In this document: positions 28,083 through 39,892 of the stretch, piece after piece
How the letters are laid out: every line of letters begins with the position of its first letter
Numbering within the stretch: the first letter of the stretch is position 1
Assembly (NCBI GenBank): GCA_023231475.1
Contig: JALJEE010000736.1
Span: forward strand, 1-64,000
Length of the DNA: 64,000 nucleotides
Reading direction: 5' to 3'
Origin: Seison nebaliae
Lineage: Eukaryota
Program-made: the position numbers and the translations under genes
The notes under the pieces: generated by a model
What the model was told of the DNA's origin: nothing
The model's database searches: none
What the model saw: only the letters and a program-made list of their open reading frames with translations

Positions 28083-28490
28083 TTAGGAGAATTCGTCATT
28101 GGGGAAGAAACACTCTTAGGACAATTCGCCATTAAAAGTAAACTAACATTTTCCCGTCAAAATATATAGTCTCCGTCAACAGTTTCGGTCAACTAACGTA
28201 AACTTATTGAACATATGTCAATCATACGGAATAATCTGCATGTCATATGTCAACAATATTCCACTGTACAACAATCGAATATGTTCTAGTGAGAAACTTT
28301 CCGTAAACAGATTTCTCTAACTCCCTCGACATATCGAGAGCGATTGTCAACTTTATATTTTTAACGGAATAATCAACACACTTCCAATTTCTTTTTCCCA
28401 TTGGCGATTTGCTTTTGTTTCTATCAACATAACAATGGCGCAATGGCGAATAATAAGATAATCTTTACTTCTATTTAATTCAAACGAAAT
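28083..28490 (-). mobile_element. Possible Mutator-like (MULE) relic with a FLYWCH-like fragment
   Basis: Removing an 8-bp tandem duplication (CAATGGCG x2, 28433-28448) restores FELNRSKDYLIIRHCYVDRNKSKSPMGKRNWKCVDY, which resembles the start of a FLYWCH finger (L..Y...WxC). Two 18-bp direct subrepeats lie at 28083-28100 and 28116-28133 (TTAGGA[G/C]AATTCG[T/C]CATT). Confidence 0.3.
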
Positions 28491-29663
28491 GTTCTTGTTT
28501 GAACAATTGTCTAACGTTTAGATTTGAATTAATTCAAACATCGTTTATAATAATTGAATGACAGTCTAATGCATTGAAAGAATTGACTCAAAATCTCAAA
28601 ACAACAAAATTTATGAATTGTCTCAATTTTTCATCTAGACAAATCAATAAAATAAAATGTTCTCAATTAAATACGTTGCGAAAGAAATTTGAGAAACATT
28701 CAAATACGTATGTTGGATTATTCGACTTGGAATAATTGTAATAATTAATAAAATTGAAATTGGTATCCACAATTACCTTCCGATCTATCAGTTCCATTTT
28801 ACCAGACAATAATTATTTTCAATTAGAAGTCTAAATCGAATCGATGTCTATTCCTGACAACTTCTGTGTGTGGTGTTTGACAATTCATTTTGTTTAAATC
28901 GTCTGTCTGAAATTAGACGAATGAACTAATATTTGGACGTATCTCAAAAGAGCGAGAAAAAATTTGTTTTAGCAAATTATTTATACGAAAATAATTGTGA
29001 AAAAATAATTTTTTGCAACAATAAATTCTTTCGTGGAAAAAATTTGAATAAGATCGAATTAAATATTCCATTGGAACTATAATTAAATCAGTACATCAAA
29101 TAAAATCATCATACAAGTAACATCAAATTCATTATAATTTGGTTGAAAGATGTAATTCTCTCGCAATTATTTTTCCTTTCCAACTCGTTTATTCTCTGAT
29201 ACATTAGTAGCAGAACAACAACAATAATCTTATTCATCAAATGACAAAAGAAAGAAAAGAACTTCAAATAAAAATTTCTTTCATACGAAATAATGTTTAG
29301 TTCGTTTCATTGGTTTCTTATTAGCATTTGGAATGAATGAACAATTTGTCGAGTTACGTTCTGTCAGATTCACAACATCTTCCTCACAATGAACACTCGG
29401 ACAAGGCACTACTTTCCTTTGTTCCACATCAACAACAACTATTCATGTCAGGAATATTTTTCTTTTAGCCAAAAATCTCCGATTCTCTATCGTTCTCTCT
29501 CTCTCTCTCTCTGTGTCGCTCATTGTTTTAAAATTTAAACAGTTTTTTTTTAAAGAAACATTTCTCAAAGAAAAATAAATATGAAAAACAATTTAATAGT
29601 TCCGTTCGGATGCGTGTTGGATATGAATGTGAAGAATGAAGAAAGATAAATCCATTTACTAAC

Positions 29664-30272
29664 AGATGACGAAGACATTGATGGTGGTGAAGTATCATCG
29701 AATTTCGTTCGTTCAACAATGCAACGCCCAGATCGAATATGATGATGAATGGAAGGAATTTCAGAGGAATCTTTTGATTTTTTTTCCTGTTTTCTTCTCA
29801 ATTCATTTTTTGCCGTTCTCCTCCCTTCCACGACACTCATGAATTGACGTCTTTGTTGTTCAATTAGATTACGTCGATCATTATCTATCGATATGATTTG
29901 ATCATTCGAATTGAATTTTTTATCATAATTCTTCGTCGTCGTCCAGTAAATTTGGTTAATGAAATTATCCTTCCTCTTATTCTTCCCATTCTTTGAACTT
30001 CGTATTCGTTTCCTTTCGATCTCATTCTCATTCGTATGACGAATCTCTTTAAATTTCAAAGTCTCATCAACCGACTCTTCAATTTGATCTGTTAGTGAAT
30101 AAGAACCGTCGTCGATTGATTCATTCGGTTGATTTTCGGTGGGAAAGCGATAGGCTCTCGTTATGGCTTTCGAGACAAGTAACTGAATTCTTGAAAATAC
30201 ATTCTCAATATCATCATCATTCCATAAGTAGATTTTGGAATGGATCTCTTTCGATCTATTCAATTCCACCAT
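29664..30272 (-). CDS. Candidate upstream or first coding exon of the multi-PDZ gene (about 200 aa, low complexity, no recognisable domain)
   Basis: Longest ORF in a 14-kb otherwise ORF-poor interval. It ends at a phase-0 GTTAGT donor (29663) that is compatible with the phase-0 acceptor at 20119 (TCTTAG|GATGAT). Confidence 0.45.
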
Positions 30273-31073
30273 CTCTTCTTCTACACGAGAATTGTATTGA
30301 GAATTTATTTCATTGAAAAATCTGATCTTTCATTCATTTGCTTTCAAATGAGAAGTGATATTGAGAGAAATATGAAATTCAAATTCTCCATATTCTTATC
30401 ATCAACCATCATCGAATGACTATGAAAGAAATTCGACAGATCTGATAGTCGAAAGCAGCATAAAATTATTATAAATCAACAAAATAAAATTGGGAAGAAC
30501 AAGTTCTAAAAAAAAAAGATGATTATGGAAATATTTGTAATCTCTTAACGAAATTCCTTCTAATAGATAAATATTATAACAGTCATCGTACGAATCAAGG
30601 GCAAATCGAATGCTTATCGAATGGGAACCAGATCTTCTTTTATTTGTTATGCGGCAATTCTCTTATCGTAATCGATCATCATTTTTCTGTAGCACATACA
30701 TTCTATATTAGGCACCAATCAGACAATACATGTTCGTCATATTTTCATCAAGCGCATATCGATCAGAATGGAAAGTTTAATATAACTCACTCCGACGAGT
30801 CACTCACATAGAAGATAAGAAATTCACTTCTTACTTTTCTTCCTTAAAACAACAATTTGATTCTTTAAACTTCAACTTCTCTATTCGTAAAAGAAAAAAG
30901 AAGTTTCATAGAAATGATCAGTCTGAACAAGATTCTACAACTAAAATATTCTTAAGTTATTCGTTAAGTATTCTTATTAACAAGTTTTAGAAAATGAAAG
31001 AAACTTTTGTTGAAATTAAAAATTGAAAATTTTTTAATGGAATTGAAAAATAAAAAAATGAAGAGATTGGTTT

Positions 31074-31075
<2 letters not shown>

Positions 31076-31104
<29 letters not shown>
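31076..31104. repeat. (AT)n microsatellite
   Basis: Perfect AT run. Confidence 0.9.
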
Positions 31105-31105
<1 letters not shown>

Positions 31106-34100
31106 ACTTTCCTCGGAAAAACCCAACTTACTTGTAATACAATTAAAGAATGAATGAAATTTGCATGAAATGGGAAATATCTTAAAGAGAATTAGCTCAA
31201 TCATTTGATAATTATTAGAACATTCCTTTCAAACATAGATATATTGTCCTTGATTTAGGTTCGGTGATAATATGCGATAAAATAAATTTGAGAAATCATT
31301 TCATCTTCTCCAATATGGAGTTTACGTTCGCCATATACACATAAAGCCGTACAGTACACATAGGAACCATGGCACTAGACGAGAAGAGAAGACGTATCGA
31401 ATAAGAGTAAATAATAGATAAGCAATATTATAGATATATTTCTCTCGTAATCAAATATCAATCATCAGATGGATGATAAAGAATTATGATCAGATTTATG
31501 ATCCAACGATTTCTTCATTTCGGTTTTGAGTGAGTAGCATGGGATGAACAGAAAGGTGTTTCATTTTATTCGGTCTTCATATTTCATGAATGTGGAGGGA
31601 ATGGGAGAAAGAAGCAACAATTGGGAGAGATGATGGACGGGAAAAGAATGAAGAAAGGAATGATATTTGTGTTTGTTGAGGAATCGAATGCGAAAAGACG
31701 AATCGAATGTCGTTAGATAAGAAAAGATAGTTGATAGCGGTTGATCTCTAACATTGTTGATAATAGACACAAATCACAAAGAGAACGTTAGATCTATAAT
31801 TGAATTAATCTTTCATCTTTTACTGCAACAATATTAGGAGACCAATCTGTCACAAATAGAGAATTGATGTTCATATCCATATCCTGATTTTGTCGCTTGT
31901 TTTAAAAAAGAAGAATAAACACGAAAAAAACTAAATTCACTTAAATATCCTTTTTTTCCTTGTCCTTATTGATGATGATAATGATTGACTTAATATACTA
32001 ATACGAGATATATTATTCAAAAAATCTTTTCATTTCCATCGGATCAAATCATAAAATCAACCATTTCTTATTTGACGAGAAAAGTTGATTTCCAATCAAT
32101 CGATATATCGATACGACATGGGAATAATTGGGAAATTGTCTTCCCTTTCTTTTTACATACTGATTATGAGGAGAGGAATAATAATCATAATTATCATAAA
32201 TAAAATTCAGTAATTTTGTATAATAATGAAGTTGCATCATTTGGTGGCACATTGGAATCAAGTTTGCCCGATGAATGAAAGGATTAGTTCACACAACACT
32301 CCCCAAACACATTCTTAGGCTAAAATGAATTTAAGGACATTCTCCAATAACTTCTCGTTGAGTTTGTTGTCTTTCTACAAACTAATTGAACATTTCGTCC
32401 ATTTGTCGCTTGTCAATGGGAAACGTTAAGGAAACTGAAAGAGTTGAAAATGGTTCGATCAAAATGAAAATTAATTTATACTCCAAAATTACCAATGTCC
32501 GGAGCATGTAGAGTCCAGATTTTCTTGATGTCTTAAGAAGAGCAAATAGTTGTAGAAATAGACACATGAATATAACAGTTAATTTGTGAACAAATTGGAA
32601 CAAACTCTAATGATACAATACATATTCAGTTGCAACTTCCATCATAATAGTCCATTTATTCCGCTTTCTCTCATAAATTTCTTTAACTTATTCATGGAAT
32701 CATTTTATTTCTGGAAATTATCATTAGGAAATCTTTCCCGATACTACTACTACTACTTACTACTACGACTACTGTTGATGTTCGTAGTATGACGATTTAG
32801 AACATACGTATACGTATCACATAGAGTGAAAAAGAAGGAATAAGGAATTTGTTTTATTTGTCACCGAAGTAAAAAAAAAACCTTTATTCATTTTTTTAAA
32901 ATAGTCTACTTCAAATTCTTCTACTACTTCAAGGGGTGAAGTTGGTCATAAGAAAAATTTGGGAAATGACTGGATAATATAGAGTCTACACACACTCTCT
33001 ATAAGTGGGAGTTCCATCAGAGTATAAGTTCTCCTCTTTTCTTTCCAGAAATTATTAGATTTGTTTCAAAACAAATCTCCCGTTTACGTCATAACTTTTT
33101 TCAAGCATTAACTGCTTACGTAATACGTTGCTTTAAAGAAAACATTCTTTAGAGTTCATAAACTTGATTATTGAGATTATCTATCAGAGATGAATTTAGT
33201 TGTTATGTGATCCAAAAGAAATATCGAGAAAATGTGGTAGTAGACAGTTGTGGAATTAATCGGAAATTAATTGAATAACGATGAAATTTCTGATAAAAAT
33301 TGGGGTTGAGAGTTGGAGATTGGAATGAACCTGAAAATTAGAAGTATATCGATCTGTAAATAAAGTACAATGAATTGAAGTTATTGATAAGTCGTCAGAT
33401 ATGTTGTCGATTGGCTCATGTTTTCCGTACGTACAGGAGAGACCTTAATAAATAAGTTATACAACTAATGATTGGGAAGATAAACTGAGTTTCTATGTGA
33501 ATTCTATCTCCTTACATATATAATCGAAGGTTCATTTTAGACGAATGGTAATGAAATGATGTGACTGAATGAGAATCATCATGTTCAACAATTACATAAG
33601 AAAATGATTTTTTCCATCCCTAAATATGTATCGATTCTACTTATCCGCTCTATCACAAGTTATGTTAATCAACAGACGACTACGAATAGGATGCAAATAA
33701 ATAAATACGATGTTGAAACTTTAGACACAGGCCATGGAAGAACTACAGAGACTGATCGTAAATAAAGAAATCTTGGAACTTTGAACAAATTGATGGTATT
33801 TATAGAAATTGTTTTATCCAATTTATTCACAACAAAAGACGACGAATCATTGATGGATACATGTCTAAATTAGACCGATTGACGTAAAACGTATTTTAAC
33901 GTAGGGATTGGCTCATGAATGAACATTATGCAATAAAACATCCGGCACCATACAAATTAGTGAGGAACGATAATTACCTAACTACAAATCGAATAAAAAT
34001 ATCACAGAATTATCACAAAATTATCATAATTAATTTATTTCCTAATTATTATAATTTTTAATTAAACCTTTTCAGAAATATAATATCACCGTTTTCAAAA

Positions 34101-34539
34101 CACAATTCTTATTGTTTTTATAGTTTTCTTCGGTTGGCTTTTTTCCCCAAACCAAGATAAGTATCTTTTTTTTCCACTTATACATGCAACATTGAAAGGG
34201 TATGTTACAATCTCATCTATTTTTATGTATATCATCTCGACATATGTATATTTACTGTATCTATCGTCGTGTTAAATTTGAAAGTATAGTTTCTGGATAA
34301 GTGGAAAGTTATCATAGTATCATATATATAAGAATCTCTTTAATTCAACAAATTTCGCTTAATCGTCTACGAGGGAAAACCAACTGAAAGTTACATTGAA
34401 TAAGTCAGTTTAATAATGTCAATAATAACAATGATAAAGAAAAAATTGTTTAGAAATCTCATTTAATGGAATGAGAGAGAATTGATAAACTATCCACGAA
34501 ACAATAAAAAGAATGAGAAAAAATTGAAAAATGAATTAA

Positions 34540-35937
34540 TTAATGAGTAATCAAATCAACAATAAATGGTATAATAACAGCCGTTGCCAATAGGAGACCT
34601 AACACGAGAAACATTCGATCGACAAGTATCGATAACAATATCCAATCATGTTCACTCGTATTATCATGACTCAATTTCTTCCATTCGGTTTTATCTTTCG
34701 ATACCGAATCTTCACCTTCAACCTGATTCTTCTTCATCCGCTTCATTCGTAATGTCGTCTTGTACGCGTTACGCCAATGTCTCGGTATCATCTTCTTCTT
34801 GCATGACACATGTCCTAAAACATAAGCTAAAGTTAAAATCCATTTTCCAGGTTTGGTTCGTTGGAACTCGTCCTTTCCAAACTGATAAATTTTTACCACC
34901 ACAATATTCGCCATTAGAGTGATGGCAGCACAAACGATAATGCTCAAATAGAACACACTGATTTTGGGCATTTTCGTCGACGTTTTCGGCATTATAGTCA
35001 TAACGATCTGAAGGAAGATCATCAATGTCAATAATAAAGTGACACTATAAGAGATTCGTTCTCCACTATCAACTGGTATCAAAAATACTGCCGGTGCCAA
35101 ATATGCGAGAAAGATGACAGGTGAGACGAGATAGATCATATAAAATAACGGTTTTCTTACCAGAACCATTTGGAATGTGATTGCGGAAAAATTGTTATTT
35201 TGTGGATCTCGATTATAGTAGAGGGCGGTGTTGAATGATTTAATTTTCCATTGGTCATTCTCATGTAACGTTTCGTTGGGTTTACTCAATCGGAGAACTC
35301 GATCCAATCTTAGATATCTATCATCCATAACATATGATCCCAATGAGATGTTACATGTTTGATAGTCATAAGGGAAATATTGAATATCAATTTGACATTG
35401 AGTCTTCGCAATTAACGGTTTGTTGAATCTCATTGATCCGTCATGTTTCAAGAGAACGAATGAATCTCGTAAAATATCTGTGGCATAATCGGAAGCTGTG
35501 TTCTCGTACAAATACATGTCGGGAAACCAAATCGAATTTTTCGGTATGAACGTCCAACTAACTTTGTAGGGTAGTGCATTGGGATCCCAAGCGAGTCGTG
35601 GATCAGACCATCGTAAATATAATTCGGCGAGAAATGTCAAAGTTTGTTGGACTTCGTTCACTTCGAACAATTGATGAATTTTCAAATCGATTTGCATTCG
35701 TATCGGACAACCGTTAGAAGTAGTGTCTTCTCGAACAGGTGGCACATGTCTCGAATAATTAGTGAAGAGACCTCGAATGAGCGAATTCATTTTTAATGGA
35801 TGTAATACTGGCTCCTCCTTACAATACAAATTGGCTTTGTCCTCTATCCAATTGGCATTAGGTAACGAATGAGAGAAGAAGAAAAGACATTCAATCATGA
35901 TAAATCTACTTATGAACATGTCAGAAATTAAATCCAT
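34540..35937 (-). CDS. Cys-loop ligand-gated ion channel subunit, nicotinic acetylcholine receptor-like, non-alpha, intronless, 465 aa
   Basis: Signal-like N-terminus; YSRHVPPV, EVNEVQQTL, WSDPRLAWDP, IWFPDMYLYEN; Cys-loop CQIDIQYFPYDYQTC; RKPLFY preceding M1; M2 SGERISYSVTLLLTLMIFL (cation-type); DW...LVDRMFL before M4. Loop C lacks the vicinal Cys-Cys. Confidence 0.95.
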   Translation of the reverse strand: MDLISDMFISRFIMIECLFFFSHSLPNANWIEDKANLYCKEEPVLHPLKMNSLIRGLFTNYSRHVPPVREDTTSNGCPIRMQIDLKIHQLFEVNEVQQTLTFLAELYLRWSDPRLAWDPNALPYKVSWTFIPKNSIWFPDMYLYENTASDYATDILRDSFVLLKHDGSMRFNKPLIAKTQCQIDIQYFPYDYQTCNISLGSYVMDDRYLRLDRVLRLSKPNETLHENDQWKIKSFNTALYYNRDPQNNNFSAITFQMVLVRKPLFYMIYLVSPVIFLAYLAPAVFLIPVDSGERISYSVTLLLTLMIFLQIVMTIMPKTSTKMPKISVFYLSIIVCAAITLMANIVVVKIYQFGKDEFQRTKPGKWILTLAYVLGHVSCKKKMIPRHWRNAYKTTLRMKRMKKNQVEGEDSVSKDKTEWKKLSHDNTSEHDWILLSILVDRMFLVLGLLLATAVIIPFIVDLITH

Positions 35938-36565
35938 TTTCTTACCAAAAGAAATTTGTGGGATGAAACAAAACTTTCAGATTAATAAAAGTAATTTTAT
36001 TCTAAATTTATGAATTTTTTTATTTCCTTCGGTCATTTGTCAACTTAAGTTCTGTTAAGATTCCTCTTATTATACTTTCGCCCTGAGAGTTCTCTTCAAT
36101 TCAATATTTCCGATTAAATTTCCAATTTGTTTAATCATAAAACACAACTTCTTCCTTCTTGGTGAGAGTGACATTCTCCTTCAACATCGCTTTATACTGG
36201 GAAAAGTGTTTTTTGTGAAAAGAAGGACATAACCGGAATATCTTCAATCTGAAGCATTTCCTTTCTCCTCTCAATCGAAACTTTTCATTCTTTACCATCT
36301 ACTTTAGTTGTTTGAGTGAAATGACAAATAGATTTAGTTTTTATTAAAATAAAGTCTTTACTGATTCTCTTGGAGCGGGTTTATGAAAGGTTGAAATGAA
36401 AAAAGGAAAAAAATAGAATTTGAGAGAAATTTTGAAATTATTTGTAAAAACGAAGCGAAAATAATTATCGGAATACAAGGCAACATTTTGGATGAACATT
36501 TCTCCACCATTTAATTAACAATTGAGAATGAGAACAATTATTTGAATTGGATCATTCGAGTTGTA

Positions 36566-37866
36566 TTAGATTTGAGGAGGATGTAAGAAATGCAAAATTT
36601 TAGTTACCAAATTAAAACTGTCAACGCCAATGAGAACAATATCGTAAATGTTTTTGTATTTCTCTAAATAGACATGTCGCTGAGAGAAGAAATGAATAAA
36701 AGTTATTTAAATGAGATTGAACTTTTTCTTCTGTATAATTGAGGAATCCAATTTTCAAAGTATTTTCGATATATTCATTCCCATTCGTCATATTGACATC
36801 ACCTAATGAATCGCCTAATAAGAGACAATTCTTCCGTTGTGACCAAACGGATCGATTGACGGAACCCATAAATTTGTTGAAGGAATGGAAAACAGGTTTT
36901 GAGAAGGCGCATAATTTCCTCTGAGAAGTTATAAAATTAGAATTTATAAAATAAAAACTTATAAAATTAGAATTTATAAAATTAGAATTTATAAAATTAG
37001 AATTTATAAAATTAGAATTTATAAAATTAGAATTTATAAAATTAGAATTTATAAAATTAGAATTTATAAAATTAAAATTTATAAAATTAAAATTTAAATT
37101 TATTCAACTATTCAACTAACGTTATGATCGAATTGTAAAGAATTGCCGATGATGTTAATAGTGTTGGATCCAGTCATTTCCATTCCATTCATATCTTGAT
37201 GATAAATGATGGAACGTATATTTAAATGGACTTTCAATGCTTCGCTAATAATATTGGAAATTCCGGCTGAGAAGATAAATAATGGTATTTGGTGCTCTAA
37301 AATGAATTGGAAGAACTCTTCAATTTCTTTCCTTCATTCAATTTTAGTTAGTCGAGTGTAAATGGGAGTTGGAGGAAACTTCAATTTGAGTTTTGAATCG
37401 TGAACCAGAAAAGTGAGAATATCGTGAGAGAAGTTCGATTGTAGAATGAGGGAATGACTCTCCCGCCACCATTCATCCATGTTGGCACGTTTAGCTTCGT
37501 CCGTCAAATTGGGATCGATTTCGATGGGAAGAAAACGTTGTTTCAAGTGACATAACTGAAATAGAATGATGATGAAAAGTAAAAGAAATGGGAGAAAAGG
37601 AAATGAATGGGAACTTTATCGCGGAAATCTTTAGGGAAATGTTTCGATGTTTCGATGACTGCATGAGTAGTATGACATTGTTGAATTGATCCATCTTTCT
37701 CGTCCACATACGAATAACGACTAATAGTGTAATCGAAATCGCTGATGATCTGTAAAGCGTCGCTACCTTTCTCAATGAAAATCTTCAATAACTTCTCTAC
37801 TTTATTTTCGTCACTTATTATGATATTCTCACAATCAACCAAATCATGGAAAGCGTCTATGATCAT
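36566..37866 (-). CDS. NT5C3: Cytosolic 5'-nucleotidase III / pyrimidine 5'-nucleotidase (UMPH-1, HAD family), 5 exons
   Basis: Exons 37866-37615, 37555-37380, 37331-37121, 36920-36723, 36679-36566. Motifs: ISDFDYTISR, FLPIEIDP, MDEWW, LFIFSAGI, FHSFNK, LLGDSLGDVNM, LKIGFLN, YDIVLI; the protein ends HPPQI*. Confidence 0.93.
36931..37095. repeat. 15-bp minisatellite (ATAAAATTAGAATTT) x11 filling NT5C3 intron 3
   Basis: Eleven tandem copies, 8 perfect and 3 variant. Confidence 0.95.
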
Positions 37867-38239
37867 GGTAAACCAAAATGATGATGATGATGATGATGAG
37901 GGAGAGGATGATGAGGAAAACTAAAGAGAAAGGAAGTGTGAGAAGAAAGGATTGAAATGAAGGACGGGAGAATAATCAATTGAAAGAAATTCGATTTCTT
38001 TTCTTCTGGTTATTCTACTGTTTCTTCAAATTCATCTTCCATCCATCCATATTCTTCTCATCATAACAGAGAGAACATTCGAAAAAAATTAAATTTCAAA
38101 TTTCAAATTTTCGGCTTATTCAATCGATATGTTAACAACAACATCGATTGATCCGTTATAGAATTCGGGACAATTACGAGTAGTTCGACTGTTTTCTACT
38201 TTTTTTTTATGATTCCAATATCTTTTTCTTTTTTTCTTC

Positions 38240-38301
38240 ATTCCAATCTTATCTTTTCACATTTCTCTCCATTCCAATCTTATCTTTTCGCATTTCTCTC
38301 C
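38240..38301. repeat. 31-bp tandem duplication in the NT5C3/bHLH divergent intergenic region
   Basis: ATTCCAATCTTATCTTTTC[A/G]CATTTCTCTCC x2 with one mismatch. Confidence 0.9.
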
Positions 38302-39892
38302 ATAACTCACTTTTCAATGACAGTTCTTTTTCATCATTCCAATTCACTTCATCTCCTATTTGTCTTTTCATTTTATATTTGAGTTTTAGTCTGTGTCTTT
38401 TTTCAATTGACGTTTGTCAATGCCCATTTTCATTAAGCTTTCTTTTTCATTCAATTCAAACGATTCTTCTCTCATTCAAATTACATTCGATGCAATTGAG
38501 AATTCCGTTGAATCTGCTTCTCTTACATTCCATTCCTCTTCTATCATAAGGGGAAGAAGAGGTGGGGAATATTGTTCCAATTCCACTCACATCTGTCCAC
38601 ACAATTCTTTCCATATGATTTTTCAATAAAAAAAAAAAAAGACACGACATCATTTCTTTTGTATCTTCTATGTCGACCCGTTTCAATTCTCTGTATCTTG
38701 TATCCTTCATATATAATTATTTCCATATCCTTCAGACCAATCTCAGTCGTCTATCTTAGGAATGTGATATGTCAACTGCGCAGGAGATATGTCCGATGAA
38801 GAAAACTTTAATTTCCCAATAAAATTTCAGTATAATTTATTCAAATTGATTAGTTTTTGTCCGAACATCATCATATTATCCATCAGCTGTTAGATGAAGT
38901 TCGTTAACACATATCTTTCTTATCATTTCGATTGATTGTTGAAGGTTAATTTGACTTTATCCTACCTGCTCCTTTATCTCTCTCACTCTCTCTAACACTT
39001 ATCGAAATATTCTCTATTCATCTCCGATAAAAGAGATGGCGACTAATTGAAAGAGAGAGAGAGAGAGAGAGAGGATCCACTAATATTCTTTGCTTTCCAT
39101 ATATATATATATAAATCAGATATGAGATACATATTTTGTCTCTTTCTTCATTTCTCTCTCCTCATTTAAAATGATTAGTAAATGCCAGATATTTAATGTT
39201 TCCTTCTCCCAATGGAACGAAAATTTTTAATTAACGTATATTTTGGAGATGGAACATTCTCCTGGAAAAACCGTTTAATTCTCCATATTGATGGTTTGAA
39301 GAATGATAAAAATATTAATATTTTTTTCTCTTAAAAATTAGTTCAGATTTGTCATTCTAATTTTACTTGTGTGTCTTATCGGAAACGGTGGAAAGAAAAA
39401 GAGAGAGAAAAAGAACACACATTCCATTCTCATATATTCTCGAGAAACATAATTGACTTATACGTCTTTTATGATTCTATTCTAAACAATTCCTCAACGT
39501 TATCTCGATTGCTGGTGAAAAGAAAAGAAAAGAAATCTCCAATTTTCATTTAAACCATTCCATTCCTGAGAAAGAAGAACAAGTAAAAGAAGAGTTTGAA
39601 AGAAAGAAAAATATCTAAAAAAAAGAAAGGATATTTATTGGAAAAAAGATATTTTTATCAGAAATTTTCATGAGAACGATCAATCTCATTTCATTATTCA
39701 AATTATCGTCATCCATTCAATGAAATAATATTTGGAGTTTAAATGATTTAAAAGGAAAAGTTTAATTCGATGCATCAATAGAATAATCATCGATTGTTTA
39801 TCATCTCGTCGAATCATCATTGGAGTATATAGAGACGGAAAAAAATATCATTCAATTTACATTCAGTTTATATTAAACTTAATTAGGGAGAA

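Noticed and set aside
36931..37095. Regular tandem array as a possible CRISPR array
   Set aside because: The 15-bp units are head-to-tail with no unique spacers and lie inside a eukaryotic intron.
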